64,000 bases of DNA from an uncultured Holophagales bacterium (GTDB taxonomy: Bacteria; Acidobacteriota; Thermoanaerobaculia; Multivoradales; UBA5704): positions 1,216,001 to 1,280,000 of the forward strand of contig CAWJGT010000003.1 of assembly GCA_963842525.1 (NCBI GenBank), in the 5' to 3' direction. The notes beneath the pieces were generated by a model. That model did not search any database. It had not been told where the DNA came from and saw only the letters and a list, made by a program, of their open reading frames with translations. A program made the position numbers and the translations under genes. Positions within the stretch are counted from its first letter, which is position 1. Every line of letters starts with the position of its first letter. Positions 8,752 through 18,662 of this stretch are shown piece by piece.

Positions 8752-9480
8752 CTAGTCGGTCCGCGCGTAGACCGGGGCCAGGAAGGCCGCCTCGAAGTCC
8801 GGGCCGATCGTGGGAATCCGGAAGGCGACCTGCCAGTAGACGGCCTCGTCGCGGCCGAGGTCCGTCCCCGGCAGGTCGGGCGGGATCTCGAAGGCCAGAC
8901 GCACCTCCTTCAGCCGGTCCTCGGGCACCGGGATCTCGGTCATCTGCCGGTAGATCGCCACCGGCTCCAGGGAGACATGCTCGCCGCCTTCTCCCGTGCC
9001 GGCGACCCGCTCGTCGCGGACACAGCGCAGGATCACCTGGACCGACCCGATGGGCTCCAGGGCCGGCCGGGTGACCAGCACCCCTTCCAGCCGGCCGCCG
9101 ACGAAGACGGGGAATGTCGTCCATTGCATGCGCGGCCGGATGCGGCGGGACGCCTGCCACAGCTTGAGGAGGATGTCGAAGACGATCACGACCCCGAGAA
9201 CGTCGAGGAGCACGATGACATTCTCCAGGAGGACGCTGGACGAGACGAGGCCGAGGTTGGCGAGCGCGATCAGGCCCAGCAGGCCCAGCCGTGCGAGGAA
9301 TGGGTGGCCGGTGTCCAGCGCGTAGTCCGGCTCCTGCCCCGCGGGCTGCCAGGAGTAGTCCGTAGCCCAGGGGCCGTCGCCGCCCGGGCCAGAGGCGGAC
9401 CGCTTCCCGGCCGGCCGGACCGCCAACCGGGACGGGACATACAACCGCTGAGGCTCGCGCAGCTCCTGGATCGGCTCCAT
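8752..9480 (-). CDS. Hypothetical membrane protein
   Basis: ATG 9480 with AAGGAG RBS; two TM helices followed by a beta-rich domain. Confidence 0.7.
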   Translation of the reverse strand: MEPIQELREPQRLYVPSRLAVRPAGKRSASGPGGDGPWATDYSWQPAGQEPDYALDTGHPFLARLGLLGLIALANLGLVSSSVLLENVIVLLDVLGVVIVFDILLKLWQASRRIRPRMQWTTFPVFVGGRLEGVLVTRPALEPIGSVQVILRCVRDERVAGTGEGGEHVSLEPVAIYRQMTEIPVPEDRLKEVRLAFEIPPDLPGTDLGRDEAVYWQVAFRIPTIGPDFEAAFLAPVYARTD

Positions 9481-9568
9481 GCTCTCCTTGGGACGCCGCC
9501 GAGGCGCCTCCGCGGCGGCAATCCTACAGGAGTCGGCCGAGTGCGGTAGGCTCTGGCTCAGGAGGGCT

Positions 9569-10000
9569 ATGGACATCGAGACCGGGAACATCCAAGGCGT
9601 CGGCCCCGAGGACCGCGTGGTGCTGTTCGACGGGGTCTGCAACCTCTGCAACGGCTGGGTGCGGTTCCTGATCAAGCGGGATCGGAAGGCCCGGTTGCGC
9701 CTGGCGTCGGTGCAGTCGGACGCCGGCAAGGCGATCCTCGCGGCATGCGGGCTGCCCACCGATCAATATGACACCATGGTGTTCGTCGAGAAGGGCCGGG
9801 CGTACGTCAAGTCCACGGCCTTCCTGCGTGTGGTCCGCTACTTTCCCTGGCCGTGGCCGTTGCTGTCCGCGGGCCGCATCGTGCCGCGACCGGTCCGGGA
9901 TTGGCTGTATGACCGGGTCGCCTTGAACCGCTATGCCCTGTTCGGCCGCACGGAAGCCTGCATGGTGCCCACGGCGGACATCCGGCGCCGGTTCCTCTGA
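9569..10000 (+). CDS. DCC family thiol-disulfide oxidoreductase (YuxK-like)
   Basis: VLFDGVCNLCNGWV DxxCxxC motif, RDWLYDRVALNRY; GGAGG RBS. Confidence 0.9.
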   Translation: MDIETGNIQGVGPEDRVVLFDGVCNLCNGWVRFLIKRDRKARLRLASVQSDAGKAILAACGLPTDQYDTMVFVEKGRAYVKSTAFLRVVRYFPWPWPLLSAGRIVPRPVRDWLYDRVALNRYALFGRTEACMVPTADIRRRFL

Positions 10001-10018
10001 TCGCGATAGTCTCTGACC

Positions 10019-10949
10019 GTGCCGACCTCACGAACCGATTCCCCTCTGTCCCCGTGTGTCCTGGTCGTCAAGACGCCGGTCGCCTCCCGCAAGCGGGTGG
10101 TGGACCGGCTCGCGAGCACCGGCCGGAGGCTCGCCGGCCAGGTAGCGGACGCGGCGAGCGAGCAGGAGCTCGACGATCGCCGCCTTGCAGGAGGCCCTCG
10201 CCCGTCTGGGGGTCACGCCTGTCACGGTCTCCGTCGATGCGCTCGACGCCAAGGCGCGCCGTGCTCTCGCCGGCGCCCGCCTCGTCATCTCGGCCGGCGG
10301 CGACGGGACCCTTCTCGCCGCCTCGCACTGGGTGACCGGGGGCACCCTGCTCGGCGTCAACTCCGCGCCGCGTTCGAGCGTGGGCTACATGTCGATCGCC
10401 CGGCGCGCCAACCTGGCCCGCGTCCTGGCGCGGATCGTGAGCGGAGCGCTGCAGCCGCAGCAGGTCGCCCGCATCGAGGTCGAGCTCGAGGGAGAGCTCC
10501 TGCCGCCGGCGCTCAACGACGTTCTCATCGCGCACGAGCAGCCGGCGGCGACCAGCCGCTACCGGCTGCACCTCGGCCGCCGCGCGGAGGAACACCGCAG
10601 CTCCGGGTTGTGGGTCGCGACGGCCGTGGGCTCGACGGCGGGAATCCGTTCCGCGGGCGGCCAGGCGATGGCGCTCGGCGACCGCCGGCTCCAGTTCCGC
10701 GCCCGCGAGCTCTACCGCGCGCACGGCCGCGGCGCGATCCTGGAATCCGGCTTCGTGGAGCCGGACCAGAAGCTGGTCGTCGAGTCCGCCATGGAGGCGG
10801 GCTGGCTCTTCATCGACGGTGCGCGGATGGCAATCCGCTTTCCCTTCGGCGCCCGCGCGACCTTCCGCGTCGCCGAGCAGCCGCTCTTCCTTTTCGCGGA
10901 CCCGGCGCGCTGGGCGCCTGGTGAGGGTCTTCAGCAGCCTCGCGAATAG
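10019..10949 (+). CDS. NAD(+) kinase (frameshift near 10170, probably a sequencing error)
   Basis: GGDGTLL, ALNDVLI and SSGLWVATAVGSTA motifs in ORF 10185-10949; N-terminus in ORF 10019. Confidence 0.8.
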
Positions 10950-11822
10950 AACCAGGCTGTGGGCTTGCCGTCTTGGTCCCACGCGGGGATCCAGCCGCTC
11001 GCGACGACCGGCGGGGTGCCTCCTTCACAGGGGCTCTGCTCCAGCACCTCGACCTTGAACCAGAGCATGTCGCCGTCCCGGCGGGCCTCCAGCACCTTGG
11101 CAGGGACCTCCCGGCCCGCCTCGCGGGGCACCGGCGCCTCGACGGCCGGAGCCTTCAGGTCCGGAGCTTCCCGGAGCCGGGTATCCCAGGCGTCGGTGAG
11201 CCAGTTGAGCCGGTTCATCACCAGCTCTTCCAGCGGGAAATAGCGGCCCGCGGCCCCGAGGTCCATCCAGGCGCGGCCCCCTTCGCGCAGACCCACCAGG
11301 TACCAGGTGCCCTGCTGGCCATAGACGGTGACCGACTCCTCCTCGTAGGCATGCTCCCGGGTTTCGAACCGGGAGAGCGATTCCGGCGGCACGGTCACGA
11401 GGCCCAGGAGCGCATTCGAGGTCCCTGGGGCCGGGAAGCTCGGGCGGAACCGGTTGCGTGTCCTGGACGGGGGTCGGAGCCGGAGCAGGACCAGGAGCAG
11501 GAGCGCCATCGGCAACCTCGATGTCGTGCCGTTCGACCCGCTGCACGCCGACGAACCAGATCGACGCGGCTCCCGCCAGCAGCGCAACCAAAGCGGCGGG
11601 GAGGAGGGTGGACGGCGCCAGACGGAGCGCCAGCAGGATCCCGGCGGCAAGCCCGGCAAAGGCGCCGCCGAAACCGAGCAGCGCGACCGTCGCACCGCCG
11701 GCCATGCCCGCATCCGGGGGGACGAAAAACCGCGCAGCCAGGATGCCGCCCAGCATGAAGCCGAGCATCGTGAGGCCCAACGTCAAAAGAGTCCCGAAGA
11801 GGAGGCGTTTCATGGGATTCAT
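10931..11822 (-). CDS. Hypothetical membrane-anchored protein with SH3-like C-terminal part (frameshift ~11425)
   Basis: N-terminal TM helices (ORF from 11822) join the C-terminal soluble part of ORF 10931-11713. Confidence 0.55.
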
Positions 11823-11942
11823 AATACCTCCTCGTGGAAGCGGAGGAGTCCTACGACGGGGCCTGCGGGCTGCTTTGGCTGCACTGCCGGCGAGGGGATA
11901 AAGGGCCGCCGGGCCCGCGGAGCAGACCCGGCGGTCGATGAC

Positions 11943-12908
11943 CTACTGGCAGGTATGAATGCAGCTCGTCCAGTCGGTCCCGTAGTCGGCGGGATCGAGG
12001 CAGCGGGTGCTTCCCGATACGGCCGCGCCACTGCAGCAAGAAGTCTGGGAGAGGGTGTCGTCGACCCCTCCGGACGGTGCGCAACTGCCCGTGGGCACGG
12101 AGCCGCAGATGTGGAAGCAGCTTGCCCAGGTCGTCCCGTAGTCCGCCGGATTGGTGCAGTAGGTGCTGCCGTTCACGGCTACGCCGCTGCAGCAGCTCGT
12201 GTTCGAGAGGGTGTCGTCCACGCCGCCGTCCGGGATGCAGGACGTGGTTGGCGGGTACCGGTTCTGCGAGCACTGGAGAGCGGAGCGGTCGTCGGTCTCC
12301 AGCGACCGCGCCCCTGACCCGAAGTAGGTGGCGGACATGGTGGGGGCGGGCGCCGAGGACACCTCTGTGTGATGGATGCCCAGGGCGTGGCCGAACTCAT
12401 GGGCGGCGACGGACCAGGTGTCATAGTTGCTGCCGTTGGTCGTCCACGTCACGGCGTTGTTGAAAGTGATATCCGACTCCACGAGCACCTGCCCGGGCTG
12501 CTGCAGGACCAGCGCTGTGAGGGCAAGGCAACTGCCGGAGCAGCCCACGCCCGTGCCCCAGGACGCTGTGTTGACCCCGTCGAGGGAGAACCCGGCCGCG
12601 GTCCTCCCCCGGTAGGTCGGAGAGTGATTGGCGTTGAGCACGAAGGTCCACACGTTCATGGCGTTATACAGGGCTGCATCCTTGCCGGAGCCCTGGTTCG
12701 CGACGTTGTGGTACCAGTTGGTATTGGCGGCATTCCAGTGGACGAACCCGTTGGCATCGTTGCACGTCACCAGGAATCCGCTGGTCTGCCACCCGCTGTT
12801 GAAGTTCTGGATGAGCCGGTACGCGTGGGAAGGTGCGGCCGAGCCAAGCAGCGCTGCCAGCACGGCACAGGTCGTGAGCCGGGTCGATGTCTTCGCGAGC
12901 TTCATCAC
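11943..12908 (-). CDS. Secreted M10/matrixin-family metalloprotease with two C-terminal Cys-rich repeats
   Basis: Signal peptide, HEFGHALGIHH, Met-turn PTM, repeats CxPxGGVDDTLSxTSCCSG. Confidence 0.88.
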   Translation of the reverse strand: MMKLAKTSTRLTTCAVLAALLGSAAPSHAYRLIQNFNSGWQTSGFLVTCNDANGFVHWNAANTNWYHNVANQGSGKDAALYNAMNVWTFVLNANHSPTYRGRTAAGFSLDGVNTASWGTGVGCSGSCLALTALVLQQPGQVLVESDITFNNAVTWTTNGSNYDTWSVAAHEFGHALGIHHTEVSSAPAPTMSATYFGSGARSLETDDRSALQCSQNRYPPTTSCIPDGGVDDTLSNTSCCSGVAVNGSTYCTNPADYGTTWASCFHICGSVPTGSCAPSGGVDDTLSQTSCCSGAAVSGSTRCLDPADYGTDWTSCIHTCQ

Positions 12909-13501
12909 TGTGCCTCCTTGCGGGCGTCCTGGCGGTCCGCGATCGACCGGATCGACCGGATCATGGCGTCGAGCAGAAGCCCCTTGGCCCCGCCCGGAGG
13001 ATCGACGAACCCGAGAGCGTCCGGATGGAGCGGATGCCGGTTCGCCTGGCTGATGGCCCGCAGGCCGTCACGGGCTTTCACCACCTCGAAAACGCCCTGT
13101 GAGTGATCGACCACCGTGCGGGCTCCGGGGGCTCCCGGCAGGTCGCCCTCGTCCAGGAACAGCAGGTAGGGCTTGCCCGGGACCAGCTCGGCCCCGGCGA
13201 CGATCAGGGCTGTGAGGTCGCCGACGGACCCGCCCATGAGGGTCACCGTGAAGACGGTGTCCCTGGGGTCGCCCTTGAGGACATCGGTGGCCTTGACGCG
13301 GACGTCTGTGAGGATGAAGGTCTCTGTCTCATTCCAGTACGAATGGGCGTCGAGGACCTCGCCTACGACGACGGTCGCGTTGCTCGCGACCAGGCCGTCC
13401 AGGCTCTGGCGGATCAGCGTGGATGCGCTCGACGGTGCGACAGCGCCCGCGGTCATCGCCAGGACCAGGGCACCTCGCAGCACTCTGCTTCTCAACTGCA
13501 T
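12905..13501 (-). CDS. Secreted hypothetical protein, partner of the matrixin gene
   Basis: Signal peptide, AGGAGG RBS, stop overlaps the protease start. Confidence 0.75.
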   Translation of the reverse strand: MQLRSRVLRGALVLAMTAGAVAPSSASTLIRQSLDGLVASNATVVVGEVLDAHSYWNETETFILTDVRVKATDVLKGDPRDTVFTVTLMGGSVGDLTALIVAGAELVPGKPYLLFLDEGDLPGAPGARTVVDHSQGVFEVVKARDGLRAISQANRHPLHPDALGFVDPPGGAKGLLLDAMIRSIRSIADRQDARKEAQ

Positions 13502-13699
13502 GACACCTCCTTAGGGCAGATCAGCCCTACGGTTAAACGGCAACCAAGAATTTGCGTTGCCCTTCTAATAGCGAGGTGCCTATGGAAGTGAAAAGCGGGA
13601 CAAGGGCTCCGTAGCCCGCCACGGAGGTTCTCAACGGAGAGTACGCCGAGGATCCGGGGGAGCCGCAATGCCTGCGAGGAGCGACGGCGGCAGCCAGCC

Positions 13700-13990
13700 G
13701 GCTGCGACGACGCGCTGCCGCTCGGCGTCGACCAGCCGGCGGATCCTCTCGACCCGGCGAGCATCGGGTCGAGGAGGAGCCAATTCGCATCGCGATAGCC
13801 GAGGTCGATGGCGGTATCGAGGGCGCGGAGCGCTGCGTCCTCGCGTCCGAAACCCGCTTCGAGGAGCGCCTCGTCGAGTGCGCCGTCGGGCCACTCGTCG
13901 CCTTGGGCGGGCACCATCTGGTAACCCCGGCCCCTGGCCCGGGCCGGAAACGTGCAAGAGCGTGAGCCTCTCCGAAGCATGAAGCTCTGT
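13700..13990 (-). pseudogene. Remnant of a TPR-type C-terminal domain
   Basis: GREDAALRALDTAIDLGYRDANWLLLDPML resembles the C-terminus of TPR/kinase proteins; no intact upstream gene. Confidence 0.45.
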
Positions 13991-14138
13991 TTTACGCCCG
14001 CGGGACAGGCTGTTGGTCACGGCTGCTCGCGCCTTGGATCGGCCTGGGCCGCCGCTGCTTCGGCTACTACCTGGTCACGGCACAGAAACGCTGAAGCCGG
14101 CAGAGCCCCGGCCGAGGCCGGGGCTTGGCCGCCTCACG

Positions 14139-15455
14139 TCAGGCTTTGAGCCGGGACGAGTTGCTCAGGACGGCCGACATCGCATCCAGCTCATTGGTCC
14201 GGCAGAGGAACGTCCATGCTTCGACTGAATCGATGTTGGGTGCGAACAAACACTCAGAGCACCCGTTCGACTCACAGGTCAAAAGGAAAGGATCACCAAA
14301 GCCGGGCAGCGACTGGCCAGGCTCGATTCCCCACAACGCCTCCCAAATCGCTACCGCGGCTCGGCGATCCGTGCAGCCAACCCAGTCTGGATTCAACTGG
14401 CTGGCTTGATTGGCATTCCATGCTGCTTCGGCAGTCTTCTCGAAGGGTTCGTCATAGGTGGCTCCGACGACATTGCGGTACCGCGACAGGAAGCGGAGCA
14501 ACCCACCCCGCCCTGTGGATTCGTCGCTCGTGAAGTCTCCGAGGGGGCTCTTGCCGAACTGGAAGCTGAAGGGGGGTTCCTGGACGACCTCCGAGGGTCC
14601 GGGAAAGAATGGATTCTGAACCGCGCCGACGACGTTGTGCAACAGTGTCTCCGGCTCGATAGTCACACCGGAGAATGAAACATTCGGCCGCAGCGCGACG
14701 AGCTCTGCAAGGCCGGCGATGAGCAGGCCTTGCTCCTGGGTGATGACACACTGCAGGTACGGATTCTTGCCGTCCAGGGGAGTCGCGGTGTCCCGCACGA
14801 GCCACACGGTCTGACTCGGATGGGCCAGGTTGTTGGCCAGCGGCAGGTAGTTTCCCTGATTGCTTGCCGGCGGTGTGATCCACTCGGACCACCAGCGATA
14901 GGAATCCTCTGCGGCCTTCGCGCAAATCGAGGGGTCAGCCTGGGGCACCACCCGAGACAACTCGGTGCCCATGCGGGCGAGGCGGGCCGACAGAGCCAGG
15001 TACAGCCCGTTCACCACCGTGTTCTGCACCGGGTTCTGGCCCGCGAGGTCGGTGTTGTAGCAGCCCCCCGCCGGCAGGCCCTGGACCGGAGGGAAGGCCG
15101 CCCAGGCTCTGCTCTGCAAACGGCGCCAGACCTCCCACGCAGAGGACAGGTAGCAAGGCTCCTGATAGCGTTGGTAGGCCTGAATCAGGGCCAGCCCCCA
15201 CCAGCCGTGGTCGTCGAACCAGTTGGCGGCGGAGTTGAAGCCTTTGGGGAAGACTTTCTCAAAGCCGTCGTTGACCATACCCTTGAGCGGCTCCAGGAGC
15301 TGCGGGTCGCCGCCCACCGCCGACCAGTGCTCTGCGAAGGTCAGCGCTGCGCCCAGGGCATTCCCCACCCACCAGTATTTTGGGTCCTCTTCGGTTCCTA
15401 CATAGGTTTTCCAGGCATCGTCGAAACGATCGAAGACCTCTCTCACATCGCACAT
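14139..15455 (-). CDS. Glycoside hydrolase family 76-like protein
   Basis: WFDDHGWWGLA (catalytic DD), NTVVNGLYLALSARLA; ATG 15455 with AAGGAGG RBS. Confidence 0.75.
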   Translation of the reverse strand: MCDVREVFDRFDDAWKTYVGTEEDPKYWWVGNALGAALTFAEHWSAVGGDPQLLEPLKGMVNDGFEKVFPKGFNSAANWFDDHGWWGLALIQAYQRYQEPCYLSSAWEVWRRLQSRAWAAFPPVQGLPAGGCYNTDLAGQNPVQNTVVNGLYLALSARLARMGTELSRVVPQADPSICAKAAEDSYRWWSEWITPPASNQGNYLPLANNLAHPSQTVWLVRDTATPLDGKNPYLQCVITQEQGLLIAGLAELVALRPNVSFSGVTIEPETLLHNVVGAVQNPFFPGPSEVVQEPPFSFQFGKSPLGDFTSDESTGRGGLLRFLSRYRNVVGATYDEPFEKTAEAAWNANQASQLNPDWVGCTDRRAAVAIWEALWGIEPGQSLPGFGDPFLLTCESNGCSECLFAPNIDSVEAWTFLCRTNELDAMSAVLSNSSRLKA

Positions 15456-15589
15456 GTCGACCTCCTTTCGGGTCCTGGAGAGGACGCGCAGACCGCGCGT
15501 CAATCCAGTCATCCGCGTCTTCCAGTGGCAGGTGGCCGCGCGTTGGTACCTGTTCGCCATCGGCTATATGGCCGCGATCCACTCTTTGG

Positions 15590-15680
15590 CGATAACCTCT
15601 TCCTCATCCCGTTGGCTCTTGTGATTTCGACGCCTGTCCAGGCAGGAGAGGAAATCGGCTGGCGCGGTTATGCGCATCGA
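15590..15680 (+). pseudogene. Fragment of a CPBP/CAAX intramembrane protease gene
   Basis: LFLIPLALVISTPVQAGEEIGWRGYA contains the EExxWRG motif with no surrounding gene. Confidence 0.55.
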
Positions 15681-15872
15681 CCTGATCGTGATCGCTCCCC
15701 TGATGATGCTGGTCACCATCTGGGGCCTGGTCGCGGGCTTCAGGAGGCGTCAAGCGTCTGAAGCCGGATGAGCCGCGGGCTCGGGCTGTGGGGGATGGCG
15801 CACCTTGTCTCTTGGACGCCTCGAACGTGCGAGGCGGGCTCAGTTGAACCACACAGTCCAAGGGAGGGTTGC

Positions 15873-16115
15873 ATGAAGAGGCAGAGACGTCTTTGGGTGG
15901 CGTTGTTCATTCTCGCGCTGGCGCTGGGCATCACGGGCTTCCCGGACCGGAGCGCCGACGCGGTGTACTGCCAGAGCTACAGCTCCTGCGAGCACACCTG
16001 CATGCCCCGGGAGGAGGCCTGCCTGGCGGGATTGACGCACCCGGAGTGCGGCGGGGATCCGACCTGCTGCTACGCCAAAGTCAGCCTGTGCTATCAGTGC
16101 TGCATCTGGTATTAG
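15873..16115 (+). CDS. Small secreted Cys-rich protein (80 aa, 10 Cys)
   Basis: GGGAGG RBS, signal peptide ending in ADA, mature part VYCQSYSSC...CYQCCIWY. Confidence 0.75.
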   Translation: MKRQRRLWVALFILALALGITGFPDRSADAVYCQSYSSCEHTCMPREEACLAGLTHPECGGDPTCCYAKVSLCYQCCIWY

Positions 16116-16161
16116 GAGCAGCACACCGCCGGCGCGCCATGGTCGGGTATACTGCCCGGCC

Positions 16162-18451
16162 GTGCGCGCCACGGTCCGACCGATTCTCTTCCTCACCTTC
16201 GCGGCCACCGGCTTTTCCGCCCTGACGCTCCAGGTCGTCTGGCAACGCGTGCTGTCGCTGCATGCCGGCATCGACCTGCTGGCGGCGACCACGGTCGTCA
16301 CGGCGTTCATGGCCGGCCTCGGCCTCGGCAGCCTCGCCGGCGGAGCCATCGCGGACCGCCTGGGGGCGAAGCGTTCGTTGCTGGTCTTCGCGCTGTTCGA
16401 ACGCGGCCATCGGCGTGTTCGCCTGGTTCAGCCTCTGGCTCTTCTACGACGTCTACCGCCGGTTCGTGGCGGAGCTCGATTCGGCCGTCGCGATGTTCGC
16501 CTTCCACTTCCTGCTGCTCGTCATCCCGACGACGCTGATGGGCCTGTCGCTGCCGCTGCTCGCGCGCGGTGCCGTTGCCGCCTCCCGCGAGATCGCGCCT
16601 CTGGTCGGCCGGCTGTACGCCGTCAACACGCTCGGTGCCGCGGTCGGCGCGGCAGTGGCCGGTTGGTGGCTGCTCGGGCAGTTTGGATTCATCGCCACCG
16701 TGCGGATCGCCGCTACGCTGAACCTTACCGCCGCGGCAGTGGTCCTGCTGCTGTGGAGAGCCGCTGGAGCGGGCTCGCCGGACACCTCTCGCTCCGAGAG
16801 CTCAGCAGGGTCGACCGACGGGGTCGTCGGGACCCGGGAGCGGTTGTGGCCGTGGTTCCTCATGTACGGCCTCACCGGTGCGGTCGCGATCGGGCTCGAG
16901 GTCGTCTACTTCCGCGTGATCGATGCCATCTGGCGCAACAACTCCTACACGTTTGCGACCGTGCTGGCCATCTACCTGCTGCTGTTCGGTCTGGGCGCGA
17001 GCCTGGGAGCGCGGCGGGCGGGGAGGGTGGAGCGGCCGGATCGGTGGTTCCTGTTGCTCCAGCTCGGGGTCGGCGCGAGCTCGCTGCTGGGCATGCTCGT
17101 TCTCCTGCATCCGCCGCGCGTCCTGGGCATCGAAGAATTCGTCACCCGCTACTACACGAGCGGCGGCTTCATGCACGGTGAGTACGCGATCCGGAGCGCG
17201 GACGACGCCTGGCGGCTGATCTATGCGCACGTCGTCGCGCCGCTGCTGGTGATGGGCGCGCCGGTCCTGCTCATGGGTGCTTCCTTTCCGTTCATCCAGG
17301 CTCTGGTGGCGCGGCGGCTCGACTCGCTCGGCCGGCGCACGGGCACGCTCCTCTTCTCGAATATCTGCGGCAATGTCCTCGGCGGTGCGCTGACCGGTTT
17401 CGTGCTCCTCGACCGGCTCGGCACCGCGGGCACGCTGCAGCTCCTGGCGGGCGTCCTGATCCTGCCCGGCCTGGCGGCGGCCGCGCGGCTCTCGACGCCT
17501 CGCCGGCGCATCGCGGGTGCGCTCGGCGTCGTCGGCCTGATGGGCGCCTGCATGCTCGCTTTTCCATCAAACGAGCGCTTCTGGTCGTTCTTTCACAGCG
17601 TTCCCCACGAGCGATTCGACCTCGCGGAGGACCGTGCCTGTGTGACCAGCCTCGTGGACCAGGGCGAGGAAACCTCCCTTTACATCAACGGCATGTGGCA
17701 GAACGGTCATCCCTACGACTTCTTCCATATCCTGATCGGTGTCCTGCCGTCGCTCATGCACGAGCGCCCGGAGCGCGGATTGGCCGTAGGCCTGGGGATC
17801 GGCTCGACCGCGTATTCGATGGCGCAGGACCCGCGGATCGGGCGCGTCGACTGCGTCGAGATCTGCGGCGGCGAGCAGCGCCTCATCGGGACGTTGGCCG
17901 GCCGCGGATCGATCACGAGCCAGCGTCTGCTGACAGATCCGCGGATTCACCTCGTCACCGCGGACGGCCGCCGCTGGCTCCTCGCGCGGCCGGAGCCGTA
18001 CGACGTGATCGTCGTCGACGTGGTCCGGCCGACCACGGCCTACTCCGGCAATCTCTACTCCCTGGAGTTCTACGAGCTCGTCGCGAGCCGCCTTTCCGAA
18101 GGCGGCCTGTTCGTCCAATGGGTCGCCACCGAGCGCGTCCTCAACAGCATCCGCCGGGTGTTCCCCTACGTCGCGATCGGCAACGTACCCGACTACTTCG
18201 CCTCCCGCTTCATCGTCGCCAGCAACCAGCCCATGCTCCTGGACGGCCCCACGCTGCGAGGGCGGCTCGCGGGCGTAGACTTGGCGTCCTCGTTCAATCC
18301 GCAGCAGGCGCGGCGGCTGGTCGAGTTCTTCGAGAACGAGAAACCCCTCCGGCGCCTGCGGGAGCGGGGCAGGGTGGCTGCGCTGCCGGAAGAGCGCTTC
18401 AACCACGACCTCCACCCGCGGGACGAATACTTTCTCAACAACGCCTGGTAG
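16162..18451 (+). CDS. Fused multi-TM / spermidine synthase-like SAM methyltransferase (frameshift ~16398)
   Basis: GRLYAVNTLGAAVG repeats, AVGLGIGSTA, VDCVEI, DGRRWL, YDVIVVD, NLYSLEFY. Confidence 0.85.
18237..18332 (+). repeat. Direct repeat copy 1 (3' part of the spermidine synthase-like gene)
   Basis: 96 bp with about 15 mismatches to 21904-21999. Confidence 0.85.
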
Positions 18452-18662
18452 CGTTCCCCTGTGAGACCTTGAAGACCCATAGGCCGTGCGCGCGCTCGCG
18501 TTCCTCATGGCTGGCCACGTGAGCCATCACCTGGCCATCCTGGGCGAGAGGTATGGATTGGGGAGTTGAGCGCCGCGCCGACGAGGGGAGGAGATCATCA
18601 CTTGCGAGACCGCTGGTGATATAATCCGTCCTGGGCAAGCAGTATACAGGTGGGGATAAACC

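Noticed and set aside
15873-18451. RiPP cluster (Cys-rich peptide plus methyltransferase)
   Set aside because: The peptide has a Sec-type signal, and the neighbour is a common membrane spermidine-synthase-like protein; no RiPP maturases are present.
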